From: Lobosporangium transversale
Lineage: Eukaryota
DNA: 64,000 bases
Direction of reading: 5' to 3'
NCBI RefSeq assembly: GCF_002105155.1
Contig: NW_019029017.1
Location: forward strand, 186,001-250,000
Below are positions 44,983 to 58,617 of this stretch, one piece after another (the first letter of the stretch is position 1; every line of letters starts with the position of its first letter). The position numbers and the translations under genes are program-made. Under the pieces are notes generated by a model. The model saw only the letters and a list, made by a program, of their open reading frames with translations. It did no database searches and was not told the DNA's origin.

Positions 44983-45221
44983 AGGACCATGTTCTTTAGA
45001 CCTTTCTGCCATCGTCGGTTTTAACATTTATACGTGTATGTATACTTTATGACCATGAACAACGTTATAGCTTGAAGAAATAGTTTATCGTACAAGTACA
45101 ATTGAAAGATAGACCCATTAAAAATCTATATCTATTATGAAATGTGTGTATTCGTCCAGTCCTACTCTCAATCACCCTTTCCTGTATGAAATTCGCTCAT
45201 CCAGGAGAACACGATTCTCTG

Positions 45222-45505
45222 TTACTTGATAAAAGGTAGGCCAGTCTTTGTCTTGGCCTTGTAGTCGCGATAATCTTGTCCAAAGAAGCGAATCAAAAGC
45301 TGTTCTTCTTGGAATATGCGATCTGAGAAGAAATAGTGCAATACTGCACCATATCCTACAAAGCAGATCGGATTCATCATCATAAGTTGGGATCCCAATG
45401 CCCAGTAGTAAAAGCCAAAATATGAAGGATGTCTCAGCAGACTATTTCATGTCATCGAAAGAAAAAAAATAAACCCAATAGTGTTAAGCTTTTGTTTGAA
45501 CAAGG

Positions 45506-45541
<36 letters not shown>

Positions 45542-46464
45542 CCTTCGAATTGGAAACCGCCAACCAACAATAGCTTTCAGGAAACAATTGATAATTATAT
45601 TTGCACATGGTCATTAAAAGAACAATAACAAAAAAAAAAAAAAAAAAAAAAAAAAACACAACTTTTTACCTGTAGATACCATCAGTCACTAGGACATGGT
45701 GCTCTTCCTTATAAAACTCGACATAATGCGAGAAATTGGATTTGGCAGAAAACATGGCGAGGGTGCGAGCAGCTTGGCCTATAACGACAATAATTAGACC
45801 AACCTTGTTGAGCCAACCCCAGGTCTTGAGCTGAGGAAAGAAATAGAGTTCGATCAGAAACTCTGTAACGCCACCGATTGTTGCCATGGTGTATTCAGGA
45901 CTGTGGTTCAAGAGAAATGCTTTAAAAAAGAAAAAAAAAGTGCACATTGATTTTAATGTGGGAAATATACTTTGTGTCGCATCGCCAGATTATGCTTCGC
46001 CATTCATTAAAAAATATACTACTATTTCATATCTGGGCTACTGTGAACAACTTTTACTTACAATCTAGAGTAAGCTTGGTAGGATTGAACAGAGCAATGG
46101 CAATGTATTCGAACGCATGAAAGATGGCGAGTGCAGCCAAAAAGAGCCAGAACTGTGGAATAGATGTCTCTACAAGAGATGCCAGGATCAAACTGGCACC
46201 AAAGAGTGTGCCCAAACCAAAGCCATAGACTGCAATGTTCTGAGGCGTGTTTTCACCATCGAAGAGGCGAATATCTGTAATGGATTCTGGTACTTGACTA
46301 CGCAAGACCTTATGTGCTTGGTTTAAAGTTGTCGATGTAGAAGAGTTGGAGGAAAGTCCATGTGCGTTTCTGTTAGGTCGTATGGCAGTGAAGGAAGATG
46401 TAGACGATGAATCTGTGGAAGCAGGATGATCATGTCTAATGGGAGGTATAGTGGAGGTGTCCAT
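45222..46464 (-). CDS. STE14: Isoprenylcysteine carboxyl methyltransferase; exons ~46464-46062, 45919-45670, 45441-45222
   Basis: FHAFEY, SFLLNHS.EY, GQAARTLAM...SNFSH, LVTDGIYSLLRHPSYFGFYYW, RI..EE..LI.FFG..Y..Y. Confidence 0.95.
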
Positions 46465-47566
46465 AGTAAAAATAAAGTGGAAGGAAAGGTACTGGAATGG
46501 AAAGCAATCAAGTGATTGATGAAGAGAGAAAAGATCACAACGCGCACATCGTATAAATATCAAACAATAGCTTGGCAATAACCCCCCAATGATGTTTTTG
46601 GCAGCCACATGAATGAACGAAAAAAAAAAATTAATGTGATCCTTCTTGCACACTCCAACCCCATAGCACACTATTAAATACCATGACAGAAAGGAAAATC
46701 TTATGTATAAAAAGATTCAGTGCATTCGATGCTCTGTGCTCTGTTAGACTATTGATTACAATTCTCGTATATGATTGTTCAGCAATGTTATTTTTATTTT
46801 TATTCCCTAATATTATCGACAACCGGAACACAACATCATAGCCCAAGCCAACCTCCAGACCACAGGATGCAATACCACAATCGAGTGGCTGTCTAAAAGA
46901 ATTTATCATGTCTTCATTCTCTTTGTTAATTTTATCTATAGCCGATGGACCGGTCCCTACTGTTTCGTTGCTTTGTTAGAACAGAATTTTCATAAAAGGG
47001 TGATAGTAAAGTTTGTCGTCTCGCAGTGAGAGGACCTTGTCAGATATTGCCAGAATTCTGGTGATGAACAAACCCGCATCGTATCCTTCCATCAGATTTT
47101 AGTCTCTTCGGGACATCCATTCTCATAAACCTTTCTCGGCTGTGCCACAACGCATTGATAAAATTACAGCACATGCACTTCTTGGCCAAAACAAAAGAAA
47201 AGGCGTTGGACAGAAATTTCCTTTTCAATTAATGACTTTCTCTCTATTCTGATTGAGTATAATTTTTCAGATCAATTATGAGAACGACAGCCAATCGAGC
47301 TTTCAATCAAATCCAACCAGCACTTCCCCGACACTATTCTGCATGGAGAATATTTGAATCGATGTATTGAGTAGCGATATGTCAGTCATAACTTACATCC
47401 TGATAGAATATGTAAAATACAAACGTGTCAAGAATCTAGCGATAAGTGATGCGTGATGGCATAGTGATATTGCAAAGATATGATATTTAGGTCTGTATTT
47501 ATTGACAGATAAAGTAGAGGCAAAGTAAAAGAAAGGAGGAAAAAAATTATGTATTGATGTATAGAT

Positions 47567-50500
47567 CTATGGAGCAGGGCCGCGGTAACCATGGTGTCGA
47601 TCTCGATCCCGCTCCCGCTCCCACCCACCATAAGGGCCACCAGGGCCAGGTGGCTCTCCACCCATCATTGCTCCACGAAGGTCACCCTGACTTCCACCAT
47701 GGCTTCCTCCGCGACGATGGCCATAATGAGGTGGGGGTGCTGGGCCACCAGGCATCATTCTTCCATAATCTATGGATCCTCCATGCGATGGATGTGAGTG
47801 ATGACCCATCGGGGGTATAGGTCCTCCATGAGGTGGTAATGGCCGTGTATCCATCATCCGTGGATCATCCAAGTCCATGCTTGATGGCTCCTTGTAATGT
47901 TCTTTACGATCACGATGACCTATTGGTCCTGGGCCTTCCTCGTGACGATCAGATATATACCCACCGTACCCTCCACTAGGTCCACCATATCCAGATGAGT
48001 GCATTCCAGACATAGGTCCACTGCTTGATCCAGGTCTTCCTCCTTGACTCATGCTTGCGCCTCCCGATCGGCCGCCACCGCTGTTCCCTGAACCTCCAGA
48101 GTAATGGTGGCCGGAGCCTTGTTGTGAACCAGGTGGCGGTGGACCATGATGATGTGAATGCTGCGGTGGCATTGATGAATGCTGAGGAGGCATGTGATGA
48201 TGGGGAGGTGGAGGACCTCCGTGTTGTACATGTTGAGAATGCGAGCTGTGCGGACTTTGAGAATGATGATGTATTGAATGGGAGTGTGAGTGTGAATGTG
48301 GATGAGGTCCGCTGTGAGATCCGCTACTGCTGTGCATATGGCCATGGCCAGGCTGCGATGGTGGCAGCTGTGAACCTTGCTGGGAAGGCCCCTGAGCATA
48401 ATGCATGGATGATGGATGCTGGGAGTAGCCCCCATGGCCGCTTCCGCCGCCCTGAGGTGGTCCCCCATATCGCACCATATCATCCACAGGGTATTGAGGG
48501 TGGTAATCTGAGCGGATTGAACTCGATCCAGGTCTGCGTTGCTGATGCATTTGCATCTGGTGATGATGTTCACGCTCACGCTGCTCATGTTCCCTCTGCT
48601 CCTGATCGCGAATCATTTGGATATCACGGTGTTGCTGATGTTCCCTATGCATTTGATGCTCACGTTGCTGATGTTGGATCTGCATCTGCTGCTGATCCCT
48701 GGGGATATGATGGTGTGATGGTGGTCCTTGCTGAAGATGAGTTGGTTGAGTCATCGGTTGCCCGTGTATTGGTTGCTGTGAAGGATGTGGCGACTGAGGA
48801 GGGTGCATAGACTCACGGCGATGTGAATCTCTGGGCTGATACTCTTTGGAGTGGATCTCGCGACCTTTAGAGGGAGGTCCAGGATGGAGGGCCTGAGATG
48901 GCTGAGACAAAGATTGCGATTCTTTTCCATTTGCTTTGTGAGAAGGGGTAGCAACTATAGCCCGTCCCCCACGGCGTGCAGCTGAAGATGTATTATTAAC
49001 ACCAATAACAGTCTGGCCGCCTTTATTAGTCTTTGAAGTAGGACTGGAGTTCCATTCGCCCTGAGCGTTGCTTGGTTTAGCCTGCACTACATCGGATGGT
49101 GTTGTTGAAACAATCTTACGGTTGTGACTTGAGATAGTGCCAGAGCTGCCTCCATTGATGGGGGCAGAAGGGCTAGCGAAGTTATGTGCCGCAGAAGTGG
49201 TGGTGGCACGACTGCTTAATCTTCCTGATCCAGTAGTGGTGACATGGGTCATACCTGGTGAGCCCATGATTAATGATGATCCGCTAGCGTCGTGATGATT
49301 GCGACGCCCATCTTCGTCTTCAGAATCGGAAAGTTCCTCGTCCGGTACAATTCTAGAATCGGCCAATCGACGTGGAATTCTCACATCAAAATCGTCGTCT
49401 TCATCTTCGTCATCCGATGACGTATAGTCTCTTGGTACTTCTTGCATCTGAACAGATGGCGCACATGGAATATGTCGGAGATTTTCAATGATTTGAGCCT
49501 TGAGATTATGCAGATCTTCTGGAGTATTGTCATTCTTCATATTGCTGGCAGGGACATCCAAACGGTACTCGGGTCCATAGTACTCAAAGTATGCATTAAA
49601 AGGAAGCTCTTCAGGCAGCTGCTCATTTAAAAGCACAGCAGTTTCAAAGGTCCATGCTCTGGCTACATTACGGATGGTGTATCCTCCACCACCAACGACA
49701 ATCATTGGCACGCCAAAAGATTTGACATATGCCACGCAGTTGGCGTGCCCTTTCATCGAAAGATTGAAGCATCCGAGCTTATCACCAGCCAAGGAATCTG
49801 CTCCACACTGCAAAACTACTGCTCCTGGACGATACCACTCCATGATATGTTTGATGATCTATTTCATGGCAAATATGAAAAAGTGTGATTATAAATTCCC
49901 CTCGACAAAGCCTATACAGTCCATACTTTGGCCTCTCAGACTTACAGGCTCAAATAGATTCTGATACGACCAATCATCCATTCCTTTTTGCAGAGGTACA
50001 TTGACTGCATAGTTTTTGCCTTTGCCAATTCCGGTTTCTTCAAGCTTTCCGGTTCCAGGGAAGAATTCTGTCATGTGAAATGAAGCAGTCATGACACGGT
50101 CTGTAGTGTAGAAAGCTTCTTCAACTCCATCGCCATGGTGAATATCAATGTCAATGTATAGAACACGCTGATGATAACGTAGCAGTTCCAAGATAGCCAG
50201 TACAATGTCGTTGATGTAGCAAAACCCTGACGCCTCCGTCTTCTTTGCATGATGTAATCCACCGGCCCAATTAATAGAAATATCTGATTCGCCACGAAGG
50301 AGCTTATTAGCAGCAGCTATAGTCATATTGTAGATGTTATCAACCAAGCTTTAATCAGTCATCTATATTGTGCTTATCTCATATCATTGTAAGAGGAAGG
50401 AAAAAAAGGCTTCTCACCACACTTACCAATTGAACCTCCAGCAGAAATGGAGCAAAACTCAAACAAACCATCAAAAACAGGGCAATCATCACCAAGATTG

Positions 50501-51307
50501 ACTTATTAAATTATGAAAGAAAGGTTTAGTATAAATTTTCAAAATGAAGTTTCAAGAGCAGTCCTACGAAAATGTCTTAATGACCAGACTTACAAAGCTG
50601 CTTAGTTTGCTCTGACATCCCTTCACCACCAACCATCTCAGGTGCAAGGCGGTACAGGAAGTCAACATACTCATCGTTATGGAAACGAGTCATCTGCCTA
50701 GCAGTCGCTCGTTTCGGGCGCTACCGAAAATGTTAAATATATTACAAAGATGATATTGAGCTCATTAGGCTTTGGATGTTGCACCATCCCTACTAAGGCA
50801 CATGCCTTGGATAACAATGATGCTTCAAGACTTACAATGACATCCATCTTCTTGTAGAGTCCATAGTTGGTTACTAAGCTATGGCACATACGCACTCGAT
50901 GAGGCTTCATTGGATGACCTATTCAATTGAATTGATGGATAGAGATAAATAAGATAGAAGAGTTTAATCAGTGATATCACAAGAATTCATGTCGGAAGAG
51001 CAAGGGAAAAAGCTGTCTATAATATGGACAACATCTAGTGAAGCTTTACCATAACCATAGGTGTAATTTCCGACATCATCTAATTCGAATTACGGATACA
51101 CATACATACGCAGAGAAAAATAAGAAATGTGAGTGACTATCAGAATCGAGACAATTCAGATCCTTGAAGCCTTGTCTTTTCTAAGCAAAATTGGTTAGAG
51201 ACTCAATGTTTGAACAAACAAAGAGTGTTACCATCATAAAAATAAGAAACACGCTGCTTCTGAGTTGATCCTCCCCCAAGAGCAAATGAAGAAAACCCAG
51301 TCGTCAT
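47567..51307 (-). CDS. Class I histone deacetylase (Rpd3/Clr6 type) with very long low-complexity C-terminus; exons ~51307-51232, 51079-51050, 50918-50836, 50720-50594, 50501-50427, 50316-49946, 49858-47567
   Basis: [91 protein letters not shown]. Confidence 0.95.
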
Positions 51308-52182
51308 AATTTCTTTTGTACAGGGCCGATGCGATGAAGGAACTATCTTGAGGTATGCAGTATCGAGTATAGAAAATTAAAGAGTACAGGACACCGCGTT
51401 GAAAATAGATGCTTGTAGATATTTTTGATTTAGGAAATGAGGCTCAATCTCTTCCCTTTTCTTGCTCTTATTTTCTCTTCTTCTAACTTTGATTTCTTTC
51501 TTTTTGTTTTCTTTAGAAAAGGGGAAGGAGGACACTGATGCTTTAAGATGGTCGAATCTGCTTCCTTTGTGGAACACAGCTCAATAGTAAAAAAGGAAGA
51601 GAGAAGAGAAAAGAGAAAAGAGAAAAGAGTAAGGCTGTATGTGGTAGCAGAGCAAGAAATGAATGGGAAGGATTCACCCCAACTGGGTTCGTCGGTTCAG
51701 AAGAAAAGGAAAATGATGTGGATGGTAATTAAATAAATGCCAATGAGAATCGAGGAACATCCTCCACTTTTTTAAACACGCAACACATCAAAGGATCGGT
51801 GGCTTAGTCAATTGAAAACTCGTCGATTTTATCAATTTTATTGAATTACAAAAATATACAGTGTGGAATGAAAAGAATACAAAAAAAAATAAAACACACA
51901 AATCATTAGGGTTCAAAAATGCGTCGTAAGAAGCACAAAGATGTACTGTAAATACATGCCATGATAAGGAAGAAATAAAAAAAAAAGTCAGTGAAAGCGT
52001 TACACGCCTTGATTGTAGAATATTGCTGATCAGAAAAGATACTGGCAATAAAAAGCTTTTTGACCATATTATAGGAAAAGCATACAAGGCACTCTTTTTT
52101 TGAGGTAGAAAAATGCCATACATTATAGGAAATAAAAAGGGGAGGAGAGAGAGGCGACCAGTGTACTCTATCAGCGTTGGTA

Positions 52183-52618
52183 TCAGTAGTGCTGTTCGAC
52201 TTCCATGTCTGAGGACTAAGTAACAAAAGAAAAAAGCTGATTAGAGAGATACATGTTCAATGCAGGCATTTTTCAGCCAATCCCACCAACCACATGTAGG
52301 ATGGGCACAGAAGTTTTGCCTGTAGTACAGAAGTAATCCACGAAAACGGAAATCCATGGTGTTGCCAAGAATGTTTAAAAGGAATGTGGCAAAGAAAAGA
52401 TAGTTCATCTTTGTTTTGTCAACTTACAGAGTCATTGTCATCCGTGGGTTCTCCGAGGTTCGCCTGTAAGATCCGCACTCTGTTTTTGAGTTCGTTCTTT
52501 TGACTTAAAAGTCGCTGGATATAGTCCACCGCTACGTTAACGGAAAATTGGAAAAAAAAAAAAAAAAAAAAAAAAATTAGTTAAGATTGACTCTTGCTTT
52601 GCATCAGATCTTGTGAAC

Positions 52619-52649
<31 letters not shown>

Positions 52650-54021
52650 GCTCGTTACATTTCTGGAGGATGAGAGCTTCACTGCGATGGCATTCACTCA
52701 ACGTGGGAACAATTTCGACTAGAGAATCAAATCCAATTCGGATGTTTTGTCGACGTTTCTGTTCCGATGCTATGTGATTAGCCTTCTTCTCGGCCTCAGT
52801 CAACAGTTCATGAGGTGCCTTTTTGGTCCTGGATTGTGTTGGCGCTTGAGTATGCGATGGTGAACGAGTACTTGAGGTATCAGAGCCAGACATTTGTCGA
52901 TGACGGGTAGGTGAAGTGGTCACCTCTTGTTCACTCATTGAACTATTTCTGCTGTTAATACTCAATCCATTCCGATGCTCTTGAACTGGGTCTGGAAAAG
53001 GAACTTCCTCATTGTCATCTCTACCTTCAGTATAATGACCGTTTCGTCGGCCATTCACGTCAAACATAGTAGATCCGCTTGTCTTTCGTTTGCCATTAAG
53101 TCGTACAGGGTCATGTCCATCTCGACTAGATCGATGAAGGTCGTGAGCTGAGGACCCTTTACGCCCTGCTGTCTTTTTGGCTGAGGGGCCGAATCCATCA
53201 TCATCATCTTGTGAGGGGTACTGAGATTGCAGTATATATCCAGGCTCGTAATGACCGCCAGGTGAGGATGGATAAGATCTTGGGGATGAGTGGCGTACCC
53301 CATTTAATGAATAAGGAGAAGGAGTCGAGTCATGCCCATCTGTCTCACCAAAGTGTAGACTTCCTTGTGATTTTTGTTTCGTGATTGTGCGTGTGTGGAG
53401 CTGAACGGGTGGATCACGATTATTGCGAGGATAGTATGGCTGCTGTTGGTCCGCATACTGACTAGGTGGCGAGCTCTGATGATATTGATGTTGCGACTCG
53501 TATGGATCATGAATGGGTTGATTTTGCTGAAAGCTGGACGTACGTTGCTGAAGCGCCGCTTGTTGATCTCGTATTTGTTGCTGTTGTAGTTGTTCCATTT
53601 GATGTTGCATCTGGCGTTGTTGTGCAAGTGCCATTGCTTGCGCAATAGCGCTTGCTTGGGCCATAAGAGCAGGATCTTGCAGAAACGCTTGACTCATTGC
53701 ATGAGGATCAAAAACCCCACCTGGTGCCAAAAGAGGATTGGAGCTGATCTGTTGGATCCATTCGCGCTGTTGCTGGGCCAGTGCAGAGGGTGAATCTAAT
53801 GGACGGGAATAATCACCATTTAAAGAAGAGGGTGATAATGGTAATTGAGGCTGCGACTGCCTATGAGGGACATGATGTTGGAGTTGATACTGTGACATGT
53901 CTCCTGTTCCCCCTGGTGGAGAGGGATTGGGACCTTTTTGACGCTCTTCCTGTGCTAATTGCCCTAGAAATGCAGAAAAGGCCTTTTGTTCATGGTCAGA
54001 TAGAAGCGAAGAAAAGTTCAT
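52183..54021 (-). CDS. bHLH(-ZIP) transcription factor, Ino4/Mlx-like; exons ~54021-52661, 52532-52428, 52215-52183
   Basis: LLTEAEKKANHIASEQKRRQNIRIGFDSLVEIVPTL....SEALILQKSVDYI followed by a leucine-zipper-like segment. Confidence 0.88.
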
Positions 54022-55692
54022 GGAAGAAGACTTGTGGTTGGATTGAGTTGTTGAAGTAAAAGAATAAATAAGACAGCGGAGTTAGCCTTGATTAGAGCAA
54101 TTGCTTCAGGTGCGAATATGTAGTCTGAATATGTGGAGCAGTTGTGGAGAAAAACCAAGAAAGGTAAAATAAAAATAAAGATAAAAATAAAAATAAAATA
54201 AATAAAAAAGAATGATGAATGTGAACAGCAATGAATGTGAATGAGAGAATGAGGAAGAGTAGAAGAAAGGAAAGGAAAGGAAAGGAAAGGAGAGCAAGAG
54301 CGTGTGGAAGAAGAAGATGGTTTTAAAAACAAATGTGTGAACAGGAGTACAGGAGTGCTTAACAAAGTGTTGGGTAGGTGCAACCAACGGAAACATTCTC
54401 CGCCCCTTCTTCTTTCTTTCTTCTTTACTCTTTACTTCTTGTTTAGGCATGTAATGACAGCCCATTGTGGAGGACATACTGTGAACAGGGTATCTTGAAT
54501 CAATACCAAATGTATCCTGAATCAGTACAACAAATAATATGTCTGTAAAATATTTGTTTATTATGGGATATCCATATACAAACATGTAGAGCAATATTTT
54601 ATAAAAGGATTTATTGTGGAGCGCAGAGCGAGATCGACTGATTTGTTTACAATGGTGCATGAACTGGAGGATGGGGCGCAGAGCTAGAAAACAAGAACGA
54701 AGTGGAGAACTGCATTCAGGGACAAAAAAAGAAGAAAAAGAACATAGAATAAAATAATAATATCTATACTCTCGTAATATTTATACAAATGTGTATAAAC
54801 AAGGGAGCAAGAGCGCAACACTCACTACAATATTGAAATGTTCCTTTCAGCTTTCCCGCTGCTAAACATGTGTTTGTCAGGAAAACAAGAAACATTGGGG
54901 AAAATGCAACGAGATGTGGGTACTTTTTTGGAAATACATGCAGCCCAGTGTCAATGGTAGACAGCTGTCACAACAAACCATTACCATTGACGCGATCCCT
55001 TTTTCTTTTCTTCCTTTTTTTTTGCTTTGACCGTTGAATGATTATTTTTGGTTCGTCAAAGAAAAAAAAAAAAAACAGCAATCAGTCAATGTCAATCTGA
55101 CCTAACCTTTTATCTAGCTAACGGCGTTCATGAGCCCGTGAAAGACGCTACCCAAGAAATATCCCTCAGTGATGGCTGCAACAATTGACAAAAAAACCTG
55201 GTCAAAGACTCCGCTACAACCCAAAAGCGCCACAAGCATTGATTTGGCTTGTGCGACTGTCGCAGTTGTACACCAAGACCCACAGAACTGAGGAATGTAA
55301 TCATTCACAAAGCACGCAGGGGTGTTCAAACGCCTGAACAAACTGGCAATAGATCAGCTGACCTTCTGTTTTTGGGCATTTGCGCCGTTGTCAATAATAA
55401 TACACTCTTAATCGATACACGTACATTCCTATCTCTCTCACCTTTTCTCCTTTTTCTGGAACTCTTCTTTCTCTCATGCTACTCTTTCCTCCTCTCTCTC
55501 ACACACTTTAATCATCACTGCTTTATTTTATCCACCCTGCTCTAGTCTTTTAAACCACTCTCTCAGCTTTTTTAACCTTTAATCTGTAACGAGTCGAAAT
55601 CTGTTCAAATATTCATGGACAGAAGAATGGTAATACTCGAGCATACGAAAACTATGATTATTTTACTCACAAATTTGTGAAGGCAGAATCGA

Positions 55693-56281
55693 TATCCCAA
55701 TCATTGCTGCCTCGAGCGCTTAACAGCGCCAATGAGGAAACCTCGCTGCTGTCAACGTGGACTTAAACTTTTCAAGTCGTATTTGAGATGACATATGCGC
55801 AAGGCACATCCCGCCAATATTCCCAGCATCAGTCGCATCACGATCAAATACACCACACATCTGCGATAGTTATTTAACCGTGATAGGACTAATTCTAGGG
55901 AACTGGTGCAGTTGGTACGACTGATACAGTAGTTATGTGCATTGGTGGGATATTTATGAAAGTCACCTAGTAGTTTGGCCTGATACTATTGCTGTTAGAG
56001 ACAAAGGCTTGAGCCTCTAATCAATCGATTTTTAAATTCTCGAACGACAACCATTTTAGATCAGTATGGGGATTCGGCAACATACCTCTAGCGAAAAAGA
56101 AGCCGGAAAGGTGTTTTATTTTTCTTTAGGGTGGGGGAAGAAGGAATGAAAATGAGATGTGAATGGTGGACATAGTTCATCGTGATGATATAGCTGAATA
56201 TGATTTTTTTCTTCCTTGACATGCAATAGACGGAGTTGATGCAAAGTTAAATGGGCAAATTTGCCCGTTTTACGGTCCAAG
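55693..56281 (-). repeat. Dispersed diverged repeat, copy 2 (homologous to 25703-26405)
   Basis: Same shared blocks, in the same order and orientation as copy 1. Confidence 0.85.
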
Positions 56282-57444
56282 AGATAACCTCATTCTGCCT
56301 ACTTTCCGTTTTATCCTTCTTTTACCTCTCTGCACACGAAGCGGGAGTCATTCTCTTTCTTTTTTTATTTTTCCCATTCAGATAACTCATCGACATCCAA
56401 ATTTACTTCATTCTGAATCCTTTTGAAATACTCGAGTAATTTACCATATGTGTATTGACAATCCCTATATTGTTCAATCCAAAGGTACTGGTAGTAGTAT
56501 GTTAATGATAAATCAAGCTGAGAGCCTTATAAGGTTGTAGACAGGGTCTTGTATGACCGTAGGCATGTACTATACTGAGAACCTTATTTTACAAGACCAC
56601 AGATTTGTGCTGCTGAGAATCCTATTAGATCGTAGGTACTACTTGTAGACCAACAGAGCATCGCGCCAGTCAAATCCCCCGCTGAAAAAAAAAAAAAAAA
56701 AAAAAAATGCATTGGCGAAATCACCGATCACTTTTATTCTATCACAAGATATCATTTTCTTGCTGTTGACCTTACACATTGTACGTGTCATTTAGATAAG
56801 AGGCCAGATTTCGTTTCTTACTCGTCCCAAAGATCTAGTTCAGAAATCTCATCCATATATTACACATCTCAAATATCTCCAGAGAAGGAACCTGAGGATT
56901 GTCTCCCATCTGAATGGCTTGAATCGATTCAACAACATTTCTAAATAATTATGAGCCTATGATGGAGTGGGCCGGATATCGAAGACTGAAAAGATATAGA
57001 CAAATTATTATTCGACTATAACCTTGTCGATTGAGACCGTTTCACTTTTTTGTATGGACAATATTTTCAGTCGTGAGCAACGATTTTCACCGGTAGATCT
57101 TGCGCCACGGCGTAAGGTTTTTTTTCCGGTACGGTGCACCACTACTCAGAAAATCCTCGCTGTCGGTGGTTTCTGGTACGGTGTATCAAGGGCGGAGCAG
57201 GATATTTTTGCGCTAGGATACATCATACCGCTACTTGTAGACCAGCGGTGCATTGATGACGAATATTTGTAATTCTAGAAACATACAATCGTTGAATTCG
57301 AATCCTTGCCACACAAGCACAGGCATTTACATGTACAAAAAAACCACTTTATAAAATATAAAAAAAAAATAAGGATTCTACACATCACTTTAGGATGGCG
57401 CTCCAAGTGTAAAACAAATGAGTATGAGTTATGATATGAAATGC

Positions 57445-57616
57445 TTAGAAAGGCAGAGTGCTCTTGGTCTTTGTCTTTTCTGCTGCCTTGGCCTAACGAC
57501 GTGAGTATTTAAATTGAATCGATAATCAGCTGTCAATATCATCATAGCAATAATACTGATTCTTCTTCCTCCTTGATCAGAATGCTTAGCACAGCAGTCA
57601 AGAAAGAGAAGAAAGG

Positions 57617-57655
<39 letters not shown>

Positions 57656-58375
57656 CACCTTTTTCCAGGTTTCAATTGTCTTGGGCATCTCAGCGATAGC
57701 CTTGGCAATTTTTGCCTTCCTAAATATTATTAATCCCATTCAAAAAAAAAAAAAAAAAAAAAAAAAAAAGAAGTAAGGAATGACATGTATACTCATGGAT
57801 CAAATAATACAAAGTAGTCGTGTTTGAATATCCTGGATCCCTTATTTCACCATCTTATATATATACCTCAGCGGGGCAGTCCTGTCATGCTTGCGACCCT
57901 TATCTGGCTTACCCATCCGCACAGTCTTTGTTGATGCTGGTTTTGGAGGTGGCAAGTTCAAGAGCTGTGCCGCAGGGATGGGTGCTCCTGTCTCGGGATG
58001 GGTGGCAAGAGCAATACCAGCTCTCTCCAGACGAGCCACTTTTTTACGGATATCAGCCAACACTCGAGCTGAAACCTTGGCCTCCTGCCAACGCATCCTT
58101 GTGCGTTCTCCTGTAGCGGTCAGTATTGAAGGCGCTCCTGATTGTGATGACGATCCTGCTACTTTATTAGAGGCTTTTGATGAAGAAGCCTTTGCGGTTG
58201 CTATTCCAGGGACAGCAACCCATTGGTGAACATAGTCTGAAGCGGGACGAACCCTAAGACCAGCCAGAGTCTTATTGAGGGCCTTTGGGTGTGACAAGAG
58301 CTTCCGGAGGCCGGCAGCAGTTGCGGAGGAGGAGGATGTGGAAGACATTGCCACCACTCTTGCTGGAGACGCCAT
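57445..58375 (-). CDS. MRPL25: Mitochondrial large-subunit ribosomal protein mL59 (Mrpl25-like); exons ~58375-57867, 57719-57659, 57492-57445
   Basis: RW...KVSAR..AD.RK, KGRKHDR...RK.KI..A...MP..I..WK, C-terminal LPF. Confidence 0.75.
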
Positions 58376-58617
58376 GATGTTTATTCTAATTTATCTGAGC
58401 AATAATTTCAAGAAGAGAATTATTTGTAAAAAGGAATGCGAATGCTACTAATGCCAACGGCGCCTCTAGGCTTAATGAATGCAAGGCAGGAACAAGTTTT
58501 GGCTTCAGAGATCAATGTTTTTGTGGGTGGCTTGTCGATTCACCTATGCACGTGCAAATTTTAAGTTTATAAATATTATATTTATTTGTTTGGACTAAAC
58601 ATTTCTAACCCTAGTTA

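Noticed and set aside
47040..47220. Third monooxygenase-like relic (LRDIHSHKPF..RI...AHAL)
   Set aside because: Resemblance is too weak and I see no nucleotide similarity to the other relics; it would need a profile search.
48025..48810. 261-aa antisense ORF within the HDAC tail
   Set aside because: Expected stop-poor shadow of a low-complexity His/Gln/Pro coding region.
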